From Octopus sinensis (Eukaryota), in assembly GCF_006345805.1 (NCBI RefSeq), contig NC_043010.1:55490001-55554000 (forward strand): a stretch of 64,000 nucleotides of DNA. The letters are read 5' to 3'. The notes beneath the pieces are model-generated. The model was not told the DNA's origin. It did not search any database and was given only the letters and a program-made list of their open reading frames with translations. The number at the start of each line of letters is the position of its first letter. The first letter of the stretch is position 1. A program made the position numbers and the translations under genes. Of this stretch, positions 14,433 through 26,673 are shown one piece after another.

Positions 14433-14712
14433 AAAATCGACGGAATTTGAACTCAGAACGTAGCGGCAGACGAAATACCTATTTCTTTACTACCCACAAG
14501 GGCTAGACACAGAGAGGACAAACAAGGACAGACAAACGGATTATGTCGATTATATCGAACCCAGTGCGTAACTGGTACTTATTTAATCGACCCCGAAAGG
14601 ATGAAAGGCAAATTCGACTTCGGCGGAATTTGAAATCAGAACGTAGCGGCAGACGATATACCGCTAAGCATTTCGCCCGGCGTGCTAACGTTTCTGCCAG
14701 GTCACCGCCTTA
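14433..14712 (-). mobile_element. SINE family A, head plus body plus partial second body
   Basis: Reverse complement of the family A consensus with the aaagaaataggtatttcgtc junction. Confidence 0.9.
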
Positions 14713-14901
14713 ATATGGATGTTTATTGTGTAAGTGAATTTTTGTGCACGTTTGTATACTGTATACTTATGTTTCAACATAAATATGGGCGTAATATGAC
14801 AGTCTATAATTTCGGCACTCCGTTTCAAGGATGTTGGTATTGTATACATAGAAATATTTTTACCATGCTCATAATATAACGTATCTATGTTTGAAAGTAT
14901 G

Positions 14902-14922
14902 TGTACGCGTATAAGTGAATAT

Positions 14923-14971
<49 letters not shown>

Positions 14972-15023
14972 GTAATATATATGTATATATATATATATTG
15001 ATGTACGCGTATAAGTGAATATG

Positions 15024-15085
<62 letters not shown>

Positions 15086-15135
15086 GTATATATATTTATA
15101 TATGTACGCGTATAAGTGAATATATATATATATAT
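14902..15135. repeat. Three ~100-bp units: gtacgcgtataagtgaat plus (TA)n
   Basis: Motif at ~14903, 15002 and 15103. Confidence 0.85.
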
Positions 15136-15149
15136 ATGTGACCTCATGA

Positions 15150-15342
15150 GCACCACCAGCGATTTTTTTTCCTCTGTCTTCCCTTCTCGGGATCTTTCCT
15201 TCTCCTATGTTTCCGACGAAGAGCTCCGCTTGAAACATTAAACCCTCCTTCTTCCCTTCTTTCCTGAGCGTCCAATAATACTTTATTTGTTCCACGTCCT
15301 CGCGTTGCTGTGTTTTTTTGTGTTTTCTTGTTTGGATTAACT
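15150..15342 (+). mobile_element. Penelope-like 3' tail with hammerhead-like motif (15209-15243)
   Basis: gttt CCGACGA A GAGC tcc GCTT GAAAC ATT aaac; ends in (TA)n. Confidence 0.6.
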
Positions 15343-15361
15343 ATATATATATATATATATT

Positions 15362-15600
15362 AGGCGGTGGGCAACCAGGGTTGCCAGGTATGCGAATAAA
15401 ATACAAGAGTTAAGGAATGGAATAGATAAGTTCCGGGCTATATATCTTTCGTAGCGAGCGGAACATCGGAAGAGGTAAATGTCCAAGCGAGGTGTATACC
15501 ACAGGCTAATCTTCAGGCTGAGGGTATCTTAATTAAATGAAGTTTACATTGTGATAAGGAGGTGCATGTCATCTTGTGGGGTGAAACATCTATTAGTATA
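15362..15600 (-). mobile_element. Penelope-like 3' tail with long-stem-II hammerhead-like motif (15436-15519)
   Basis: agc CTGAAGA TTAGC..GCTAC GAAA GATAT ATA gc; homologous to 23480-23700 and 38640-38800. Confidence 0.6.
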
Positions 15601-15829
15601 TTCTTGTTACTTCAGAAATATGAACTTGATATTTAATTAATTCACCTGGAGTAATTGAAAGAGCTGTAAGAGACGATGTTCGATTCGTTGTTAATAATAA
15701 GCTCTTATTAATTTCACAATCTCCATTTTCTTCTTCTTCCTTTATATGAATAAAATCTACTTGTTTATTTACAGACACATCTATTCCACCCAAAATACTA
15801 GGTATTGAACCAGTAATTCCTTAGATGAA

Positions 15830-15990
15830 TTTTTTTTCTCTCCTTGTTTCTTTTCTGTGTTTCTTTCTGTCGAAGAGCGTAGGCTCGAAACGTAAAAGAC
15901 TTGTTCTGTTTCTATTCCTGAGCGCCATACTAATACATTTGTTTGTTTGTCCTCCCCCTGCCTTTGTCTTTTGTCTATTTTCGTAAACCT
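15830..15990 (+). mobile_element. Penelope-like 3' tail with hammerhead-like motif (15862-15899)
   Basis: tcttt CTGTCGA A GAGC gtag GCTC GAAAC GTA aaaga; homologous to 20000-20200; ends in (TA)n. Confidence 0.65.
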
Positions 15991-15997
15991 TCACGTT

Positions 15998-16027
<30 letters not shown>

Positions 16028-16036
<9 letters not shown>

Positions 16037-16200
16037 TTATTATAATTATGAGTATAATTATAATTAGGGTTAGGCAAAACATTTGCTTTACCACACACCG
16101 AACTTTAGAAATAGCTAGATTCTTTGGCTGCTATTTCTAAAGTGTGGTGAAGCAAACTATTTGCCTAACCCTAATTATAATTATACTCATAATTATAATA
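16028..16200. mobile_element. AT-rich fold-back / MITE-like element
   Basis: ~59-bp outer arms with the first 40 nt perfectly complementary; 13-bp inner arms ctttagaaatagc/gctatttctaaag. Confidence 0.75.
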
Positions 16201-16329
16201 ACTATTGTTTAAATTTACCGATAATGCTCTTTTTAACGTACCGAATAATACTTGGTGAAATTATTAATTATTAATTAATTAATTAATTTTACCCTTTATC
16301 ATATATATATAATTCAGTTGGAGGTTCTG

Positions 16330-16368
<39 letters not shown>

Positions 16369-16826
16369 TATATATATGCTCACGCAGAGATATTTATCTA
16401 TATGTATATATATGTATGTATTACAAGAACAATTATAAAACCTCGTACTCACACATGACAAAAGACTAATACCCAGATAAGCACACAAACTACAACATAT
16501 ACATAAATATTTTCGTCGCAAGAAAGTGAAGATGATTACAGAAATATCAGCATTTAAAAGCTTCTATTACGACAAGCTAATCAATTTAATTATGCATCAA
16601 TAATTATTTCTTAATGAAACAGAAGGCAGTAATTTCGGGAACATGATTTAAACAATTATATATACCTCAATACTTGACTTTTATTGTAATTTATCAAACC
16701 TGGTGAGATTAAACCTCAAAGTATATCGATCGCTCTTGAATTCGAAATGTAAATATCCGGAAGAAATATGCTCCGAGTCTTTTGTCAATGCATGTAATAT
16801 ATTTTATTGATAGTAGGAGTGATATA

Positions 16827-17242
16827 GGCGGAGGACTGGCTGTGTGGTAAGTAGATTGCTTACTAACCACATGGTTCCGGGTTCAGTCCCATTGCGTGGC
16901 ATTTTGGGCAAGTGTCTTCTACTATAGCCTCGGGCCGACCAAAGCCTTGTGAGTGGATTTGGTAGACGGAAACTGAAAGACGCATATCGTATATATGTAT
17001 ATATATGTATACATGCGTGTATGTATATGTTTGTGTGTCTGTGTTTGTCCCCCCCCCCAACATCGCTTGACAACCGATGCTCGTGTGTTTACGTCCCCGT
17101 AACTTAACTGTTCGGCAAAAGAGACCGATAGAATAAGTACTAGGCTTACAAAGAATAATTCCTGAGGTCGATGTGCTCGACTAAAGGCGGTGCTCTAGCA
17201 TGACCACAGTCAAATGACTGAAACAAGTAAAAGAGTAAAAGA
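16827..17242 (+). mobile_element. SINE family B, full length
   Basis: ggctgtgtggtaag..ccgggttcagtccc..ttgggcaagtgtcttctactatagcc..cagtcaaatgactgaaacaagtaaaagag. Confidence 0.92.
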
Positions 17243-17299
17243 CCAATTTTTTAATACATGCACAATGCCTGAAATTTTGTGGGTGAGTACTGCAAGTCA

Positions 17300-17412
17300 A
17301 TTTACATCCATATTTGTGCTTAACTGGTATTTATTTTATCGACAACGAGAGGATGAATGGCAAAAGTGGAGCTCGGCGATATTTGAACTCAGAACGTAAA
17401 GACGGACGAAAC
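17300..17412 (-). mobile_element. SINE family A fragment
   Basis: aactggtat..gaggatgaatggcaaa..tttgaactcagaacgta. Confidence 0.75.
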
Positions 17413-17415
17413 AAC

Positions 17416-18062
17416 ATATATATACATACATATGTATTTGTTTGTGTGTATGTGTGTGTGTGTATACGCAAAAGAGTGCATCAATGTGAAAGATATTGAT
17501 ATGCCAAGAGTGTCCCACTGCATGATAGAATTTTGTACTACGTGGCCAACCAGAGGCCAATGACTGCGTACACGTATATATATATACGTATTTTGTCCGA
17601 GATTCTTACGATTTAACCAGCTCACCAGGATCTCCTCCTATGTTACATATATGTGTGTCTGCGTGTGCGTGTATGCATGTGTGTCTGTGTGTGTGTTTTG
17701 GGGATTATATGTGAGTGCGGAATACATAGTGTGTTTGTGTGTTTGTGTGCTTATGTGTATGTGTATAAATTTCTCTGTGTATGTAGACATTGATAAACCT
17801 ACGTATATAAGTGTGTGGGTGTATCTGTGCCTGTATATAATTTATATATATAGATATATGTATATATATATATATTTAGATGTATGTATATATATATATA
17901 TAATATATATGCGTCCATGTGTATATACATATAAATGTCTGTATGTGTGTATGTGTATATATTTATATATGCATATGTATGCATATATACGTATATAAAT
18001 ACACACATACAAACATATACATATATGTGGGGGTGTATTTATATATATATATATATATATAA

Positions 18063-18103
<41 letters not shown>

Positions 18104-18277
18104 TACACATACATATATATACATACATATGTATTTGTTTGTGTGTATGTGTGTGTGTGTATACGCAAAAGAGTGCATCAATGTGAAAGATATTGATATG
18201 CCAAGAGTGTCCCACTGCATGATAGAATTTTGTACTACGTGGCCAACCAGAGGCCAATGACTGCGTACACGTATATA
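17416..18277. repeat. Identical ~160-bp direct repeats offset by 697 bp (17416-17580, 18113-18277)
   Basis: acatacatatgtatttg..gtcccactgcatgatagaa..gactgcgtacacg occurs twice, bounded by (TA)n. Confidence 0.92.
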
Positions 18278-19018
18278 TATATATATATATATATAAAATA
18301 TTTTCAATCATGTTTCTAGTTAAGCCACCAATGGATATCACATTAATTACGCTAATTGAAACATGTTTTTCATTAACCTCTGTTGACCCCCGAATCTCCT
18401 GGCCTCACTATCTCTGCCAAGTGCCAGCATATCAACCTTGATGCAGGAAATATCCTTTAAATTAAAACAAACCGAATATCTCTAATTATGATTGTATAGC
18501 TAATCAAGCTTAAACATTCGCTCTCATACGCTTGGCAAAGGCTACGAAGTAACCGGTAAAACCTTATCATGCGGAACATTTTCAATTTGCAGTTGCCGAC
18601 AATGACAAATCACTTATATTAAACCACAAATGCCCCCTACCAAGTAGGAAACATCTATGAAGCTATACAATTTATTAGAAGTAACAGCTAAAATTTTTCT
18701 AGAACTTCGTACGATATTGTCCGAAGAAAATTAGACGATATATTGACTAACGAAGACATAGTTGATGGCTTGTCTCAAGAACGTAAATGGTTAGGTCACG
18801 ACTTGATTGTCTTTTTTTTTCTATTTTCGTTGGAGCACATAATATAGATTGATTTAGGACCAAGCAACATTTTCAATACGGAAAAGATATATAAAGAGGG
18901 AGAGAAAGAGTGATAAAGAGAGGGGCCAGATTACGGAGACGCTACATGAACATATACGCGCGTATGTATACATATACATAGACGCACTATATACAATGTG
19001 TATCTTTTGAGATTGTGT

Positions 19019-19060
<42 letters not shown>

Positions 19061-19142
19061 TAAATGTATGTTTATACAATACATAAACACACGAACATAT
19101 ATATAAATCATACATATTATTATCATTATTATTATCATTATA

Positions 19143-19173
<31 letters not shown>

Positions 19174-19313
19174 TATTATTATATTATTATTATTAATATT
19201 ATTATTATTATCATTAATATTATATTATTATTATTATCATTATTATTATATTATTATCAATATTATTATTATTATCATTCTTCTTATTATTTTGTTATAT
19301 TATATCATTATTA

Positions 19314-19347
<34 letters not shown>

Positions 19348-19955
19348 CATTATTTTTATTATTATTATTATTATCATTATACCCCGTATAATATATATAT
19401 ATATATTTGTACTCATATGTGTGTTTGTTTTTGTATGGCCACTTTATCAATTTCAAAGCTTCATTACTCTACATTCATACCAACTAATAGCAACTGATGT
19501 TTGCTCTTAGTTAGCAGAGAAACTCTAGTAAAGATGCTGTGAATAACAAACGAAATGGGGGAGCAGTACTCGAAACCTTCTGGCCTGCATCAGTGCTTTC
19601 CAGCCAGAGAGTTGTAGCTATTTACTATATTGTAATTTCCACAGATGAGTCGCAAAATTCTCCGACAAAAGTTTACCTTACCTGTGTTTCCTGTCCTTTG
19701 ATTTCGATGTCTATAGTTAAAAATTAAAACCACTGTGCCCTTGGTAGTCAACTATCATAGGGAAGACAGGCTGTCATAGATTATGTCACCGTATTTTCGG
19801 GCACACAATTGCAATTTTTCCTGACGAAAATTTATGTCCAAGGAAGGAAGGTCTCCTTAGAGACTAAGACGTATTTAGGGTAAGAAAAATACTATAAGAA
19901 ATATTTATATCCATCACATATGTTTCCCAACTAGAATATTTTCTACATCATATAT

Positions 19956-19999
<44 letters not shown>

Positions 20000-20001
<2 letters not shown>

Positions 20002-20200
20002 TTGAAATTTACGGAAAAACAAAAGTCGAAGGCAGGTGTATGAACAACAAGCAAGTGTAATAGTTTGACCTTTGGGAAAGTGAAAATGTCTATTACGTTT
20101 CGAGCCTACGCTCTTCAACAGAAAGGAATAAGAGGAAATAAACAGAGAGAGGACTAAAAAAAAAACTTGTTGGTTTAGCGGTCAAGCATGGCGACTGGTT
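20000..20200 (-). mobile_element. Penelope-like 3' tail with hammerhead-like motif (20089-20126); partial copy at 33281-33350
   Basis: ccttt CTGTTGA A GAGC gtag GCTC GAAAC GTA atagac on minus; abuts (TA)n. Confidence 0.65.
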
Positions 20201-20509
20201 AGAGAAAAATGGTTTGACAGGAGAGGCTGAAAAAAGAGGAGATAAGAAAGTGTAGGTTATCCCAAATGAAGTAGCGCGCGCGTGTATCTGTACGTGAGAA
20301 TGTGTAAGTGTGTGTAGATATTATAATAGTGGTTGTATAGTGGTTTCTGGCCGCTTTTTCTAAACATGTAGGGAGTTTTTGAAATCCTTGAAATCCTAGT
20401 TATAATTGTTGACTTGTTCATAATTATACATACTCTTCTTCATATATATATACATACGTGTGCGTCTGTGTATGTGTGTGCATATATACATATACATATA
20501 CATATATAC

Positions 20510-20558
<49 letters not shown>

Positions 20559-20762
20559 GTATATATATATATATAATATATATATATATATTATATAAAA
20601 TTATGTATAATTCTATATAATATATATATATATATATAAAAAATTAATATGTCTATATTATATATATAATATATATAATATATAAAATTATGTATATATA
20701 TATTGAATATCTATATACACATGAATGTGCATCTACGTGTATGTGCCTTTTGTGTTTTTCCA

Positions 20763-20958
20763 CAAACGACCGCTTGGCAACCGGTATTGCTTTGTTTCCG
20801 TCCTGCGAACTAGCGGTTCGGCAGAAGAATGCGTTAGATTAAGTACCAGGTTCAAAGAATAAATACTGGGGTGTATTGTTTTTTATTTTTTTTATTTTTT
20901 ATATTTTTTACTAAATCCCTCAAGGCTGTGCCTCAGTTTGGCAGCTGTCCAATGACTT
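20763..20958 (+). mobile_element. Old family B SINE 3' half
   Basis: cgcttggcaaccgg..tagcggttcggca..aagtaccagg..aaagaataaatactgggg. Confidence 0.55.
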
Positions 20959-21208
20959 ACTCAATTCTACGTTGTATATTTCTCTCCATGTTACTTTTAT
21001 TTATTTTTTCCTTTAGTTTCTCTTAACTGAGAAAATTCTGATTACATTAGAAGCCGTATCTGACAATATACATCGATAATTCTCGTACTATCTCTTCTAT
21101 TGAATAGATTCAGTTATTTGTTGCTGCGAACATGTTTTATTGCCAAGTCCTGTTACTTTTATTAACTTTTCATGGAGCTGCTTCCTCAGGTGTAACATGA
21201 ACTTGGAT

Positions 21209-21243
<35 letters not shown>

Positions 21244-21391
21244 AACAGAGAGAGAGGTAAAGAGGTAGATAGATAGACATTATACACACACAAGTATATG
21301 CATATATATATATATGTGTGTTTGTGTGCGTGTGTATGTGTATATGTGTTTGTATACATGCATATATAAATATATACGTATACATACCGAC

Positions 21392-21422
<31 letters not shown>

Positions 21423-21474
21423 CATATATACATACATGTATATATATATATATACATACATACACATACATTCC

Positions 21475-21511
<37 letters not shown>

Positions 21512-22786
21512 ATATACATACATACATACATAAAACTTTGACAAACTGCAGAAACCCGATGAATATCACCACGCTTTCCCACGTGTTAGTATTATGTAAA
21601 CCAAAAACATTCCAGACCCATTAGTACGCACATACTCACAGAAGTAGATGCACACGCGCGAGCGCACATACACACACATTCACACACAGACACTTGCACA
21701 TAGACATACACATTCGTGCAGTTTCATGTAGCAAAACCATCGTTCATTCACTCACTAATATCTCATAAAACATTCATACTTCCAAAAACACACTGAAAGG
21801 ACAGTACCATATGTAATTTAGCCGCACGTTATGTTCCCATCTATTTTGCATTGTTTCAGCTAAGTTCTCTAATTCAACACAATGTTCACCTGTTTTGGTG
21901 CTAGTATTTTTCCCTTTATCATTTAGTATAGTAGAGACGCTTTCTAGTTAGTTAAATATTTACATTGGAAATACGATGCCCTTCCATATCATTTGGATGG
22001 AGGTTTTTTCCCAGTGTTTCCTTCACGATTTGCTTCAATTCCTTACGTGTTTTGCATTATGTGTTCCGTAGTATATACACTGTTTGAGAGCTGATTCATT
22101 CTCTGTAAGACTGCCTCTGTCTCTTTCATGTGGAAGTTATATATTTCTACGTGGTCGTTTCGCGATAAGGCTTTTGTTAATTTTAGGCGGATTACCTCAT
22201 TTTTTATGCGTAGAAGTCAATAATTTCTATGAGGTATCCTATTTCAAGTATGACGATCTTGTATTGTTTCCCATAAGTCTACATACCTTTTCAAGCGTTG
22301 TAATTATATTTTTGACTTAAAACCTTCAGTCTACTCCTGATTTCTATTGGATTTAATGTTGATAGGTAAGAGAAATGGAACAGTACGTTCTCTGATGATA
22401 TTGTTTGTATTTCGGATGTTCGTAGGAAGAGACCAATGCTGAATCCTGTTTCACATGATTTTGGTATAAATTGCAATAAAACTCATGGAAGGAAATACAT
22501 TATAATACACATCCTGTTTGTAACGGAATGGTTCTGTGGCAGTTTTTTTCCGGAGAATAACTACTTCAAAAACCACCTGTAATAAGCACTAAGCAGAGTA
22601 TAGGTACTCAAATACTGGATAGCCCCCAGCAATCTCATGTGAAACCAGTTAAATGGTTGTAATTAAGCATATCTTCATATTTGTGTGTGCGTGTGTGTGT
22701 ATATATATATATTATATATACATATATATATACAAGATAAACTTACTTGGAAATGGATGCGTGGTATTCAATGAAATAGTAATATA

Positions 22787-22843
<57 letters not shown>

Positions 22844-23118
22844 GCATATTATATATGTATACACATAATATATGTATATATATATGCATATACATATATA
22901 TATGCATATATATATATATATATATAATATATATATATATATATTCAAATATATTGTATACACATATATAATGTATATATATATGCATATACATATATAT
23001 TGCATATATATATATATATATATATATATTATGTATGCATATATATATATAATATAATAATATATATATATATATAGTGTATGTATGTATGTATATGTAT
23101 ATATATCCATATATGGGT

Positions 23119-23700
23119 ACAGGGCGTCATAAACAGTAAATAACATGAAATACGAAAACAATTGAGAGTTGAATACGCAAACAACGGGGGGAACAAATGG
23201 AAAATAGGAAAAGTAGCATAAAGAATGAGCCTTCATCGGTTGTTGGCTGCCTATCCACTCCTCATATCGATCATTGGACGAAAATATGAGTCTTCGAAAT
23301 CAGATACCGATATATAAGATCGAATAATCCAGGTGTAGGAAGATGGTAAACTTCGTGCAGTCCGTAGAGTTTATAAAAAAACAATTTTCAGCAAAATAGT
23401 AGTTCATTGGCGTAGAATAGTGTGACGTTTTCCCATATCGATGTTCGATAAGCAGGTAAAAATTTATTTTATAGTTCACGGTTAGCAACTGAGATTGCTA
23501 TATATGCGAATAAAAATCCAAATTTAGGGAATGTAGCAGGTAAAATCCAGGCTACATATGTTTCCTAGCTAGCAGAACCTGAGAGGTAATAATTACTTAA
23601 CGAGGGGTTCTCCATTAGTTACCCATCAAGTCGAAGATTCTTTAGTTAAATGAAGAGATAACATTGTCGTCAAGGGATTCCAAGTGAAGTAGTAGGAGAT
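23119..23700 (-). mobile_element. Tandem Penelope-like tails; hammerhead-like motif at 23550-23632
   Basis: TTGATGG GTAAC..GCTAG GAAAC ATAT GTA gcc; homology to 15362-15600; isolated CCGATGAAGGC at ~23230. Confidence 0.55.
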
Positions 23701-23713
23701 TTGATATACATAT

Positions 23714-24125
23714 GGATGCAGGAGCGGCTGTGTGGTAAGTAGCTTTCTTACCAACCACCTGGTTCCGGGTTCAGTCCCACTGCGTGGTACCTAGGGCAAG
23801 TGTCTTCTACTATAGCCTCGGGCCGACTGAAGTCTTCTGAGTGGATTTGGTAGAAGGAAACTGAAAGAATCCCGTCGTATATATATATATATGTTTGTGT
23901 GTGTGTGTGTGTGTTTGTGCGTCTGTGTTTGCCCCCCCCCCAACGTCACTTGACAACCGATGCTGGTGTGTTTACGTCCCCGTAACTTAGCGGTTCGGCA
24001 AAAGGGACAGATAGAATACGTACTAGGCTTACACAGAATAAGTCCTGGGGTCGATTTGCTCGACTAAAAGCGGTGCTCCAGCATGGCCGCAGTCAAATGA
24101 CTGAAAAAAGTAAAGGGGTGAAGAG
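23714..24125 (+). mobile_element. SINE family B, full length
   Basis: Matches the 16827 copy throughout. Confidence 0.92.
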
Positions 24126-24563
24126 TTATAATTGAGGACACTGGAATTACACCGCCTATACGCTAAAAGTAGATGTCAAATACGTACAATCCATTCTAAA
24201 TTTTTCTCTATTTATAACACAACGCCGAATGCGAGGAAATAAGCAAGAAGTTTTACAAATGTCGGTCCTCACGTTCGGCCTTCCGTTATAAATAGAGGAC
24301 AAATAGAGATACACAGAATGGATTGTAAGTATTTGACATCTATTTCAAGCGTATAGACGCTGGCATTCCAGTGCCCTTAATTATAATCATATTTTCATAA
24401 TTACATACTTAGAAATTAAATTTACTCATATGGTCGCTGTTTACACGATAGCCATCGGTATAATCATGTTAATGATTATATCCTCAATCTATATATAAAT
24501 ATGTGTATGTATATATATGTGGCTTCTAAACACCTTCCTCGCTGCAATGCATGTACATCTCCG

Positions 24564-24627
<64 letters not shown>

Positions 24628-24659
24628 ATATAGATATGTATAAGGGTGAAAAGGAACAC

Positions 24660-25110
24660 ACGAGTTGATATATATGAAAAAAAACAAGTAAAAAATAGAA
24701 AATGCTAAAATAATTTTATAGTGAACATTTCAGTACCGGTTTCGGTCATTTTGAGACCTTTTCAACTGTAACGATTAAATAATTAATTTAGAAAAATTAG
24801 AAGAAAAGTTTTTTTAAAAGAATATTTCTATAGTAGTGTTCAGATTTAAGTGGCATTCTGCCTTTCTCTGACCCCTTGTTTGCACTTGTGTGTTCGAGGT
24901 AGTTGTGAGCTCTTGGTAGGGTAGTAGAGAGAAGGCTGGTGAGGAAAGGGGGGTGGGAGAATCTGGGAGTGCCCTGATGGTCGTATTTTGAATGGTCAGT
25001 GGCGGCTGGCAGTCTCAGTTCAATTCAGGAGAATATTTATATTGACAGGCTTCTTTATAGAATTAGCGTAGGTGTTATACTAAAAAACATTAGTGACAAA
25101 CTTAAGGGGT
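24660..25110 (-). mobile_element. Penelope-like 3' end: GIY-YIG C-terminus remnant plus decayed hammerhead (24729-24770)
   Basis: YKEACQYKYSPELN* on minus; cag TTGAAAA GGTC tcaaaat GACC GAAAC CG GTA ctg. Confidence 0.6.
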
Positions 25111-25118
25111 AGGGGGTG

Positions 25119-25380
25119 GAGAAGAAGAAGAAGAAGAAGAAGAAGAAGAAGAAGAAGAAGGAGAAGGAGAAGGAGAAGATGACGATGATGGTGATGGTGG
25201 TGATGATTATGACGACGATGATGATGATAACGATGATGATGAAGAAGAAGAAGAAGAAGAAGGAGGAGAAGGAGAAGATGGTGGTGATGATGGTGGCGAT
25301 GATGATGATGCCGATGATGATGATAACGATGATGATGAAGAAGAAGAAGAAGAAGAAGAAGAAGAAGAAGAAGAAAAAAA
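25119..25380. repeat. Compound (GAA)n/(GAG)/(GAT)n trinucleotide array with a duplicated block
   Basis: Direct reading; gataacgatgatgatgaagaag occurs twice. Confidence 0.9.
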
Positions 25381-26673
25381 CAGAGAAGGGAGAATATGAA
25401 TGTAAATATAGCTATGAAGGGGCTGATTAGTAATGGATTCTATTGAGTGTAGTATATTTGGTGTGTTATATATTTTTTTCTTTTATTCTAAAGTTGAGTG
25501 TATTAATGTTTGTTGTCGTAGACCCGTTAAGAAGTGGCTTGTATTTTGTAATAAAGAGATATATATAGATATATATCTTACTCTTGTTATTATTGAAGCA
25601 ATGAGCTGAAAGATTCATGAGCGAAATGCTATCGCTATTTCGTGCCGATTTATTTTCTGGTTTCAACTGCCTCCAGGTCGACAATGTCTTTCATCCTACA
25701 AGAAGCTGCAGAAGCACAAACACCACTCCTTCATTATACGTTGCTAAGCAACTAATGACAACTAGAGAAAAATGGGAAATTGATGCAAGAAACACGTTAA
25801 TAGAAATGGCGGATTTAGCGCTGTATATCATTTTTCTTAAGAAAGTTAAGGCTTACTGCAACTTATTACGTCACCGTAGGTTTGGTTACGCTTGTTTCTA
25901 TGTTTACTTATCAGGCGCTTTAATTCTTTGTTCCTTTATTGACTCCACCTCTCCTGCTCTTTATATTTATACATATATATTTCTTTACACGTCTACGTGC
26001 ATCTTTAGGAATGCGTTTGCCGTCACCGCCAAGACGTACCGTCACTAAAACAGATCGTGCATCCAGTCATCCGTGCCAAATCATAAGCGTACAAACAGCC
26101 GCGCCCAATCATCCCGTTCCGTTAAGTTACCACCCGTAAAACAATTCATATCAAAAAATCGAATTCTTTGCTAAAGAGCAAATTCGATTTGTCAGAAATT
26201 TAATAAACAACATTAACCAATTTCTAACACAACTTCTTAATAATGTTATTCAATTCATCTTTTCTTCCTCTACAACTATTCTTAGACATTTCTACTTCTC
26301 TACACTTCTTTACTCCCATTTCTTAGTTTTCTTATCGTTGTTTATTGTTCATTTTCTTCTTCTCGCCTTTTATTTATCTTGTTAGTCCTCTTTGTTTTTT
26401 GATCAATAAGTTCTTTCTTATGTGATACATAAACACTTGATTAACAAAAGAGAAACTGGAACACCAGTATACTAAATTAAATTCATTAAATATCGAAGCG
26501 ATATCGCGAAAATAAAGAAATAAATATAGGTGTGGAGAGCGAGGATGTGAAGGTATTAATAAGTAGGTCAGCGTAAAATGCATGGCGGAATTTCGTCAGT
26601 TTTTAAGATCCAGGAGCTCATCCGAGGTCATCCTTTCAGAATCCTTGAAATCAGTACCAGCTGAGCACAAGAG

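Noticed and set aside
25116-25430. Poly-K/M ORF and the poly-E/D alternative frame
   Set aside because: Compound trinucleotide repeat; GTG start only, and the acidic frame has an upstream stop and no start
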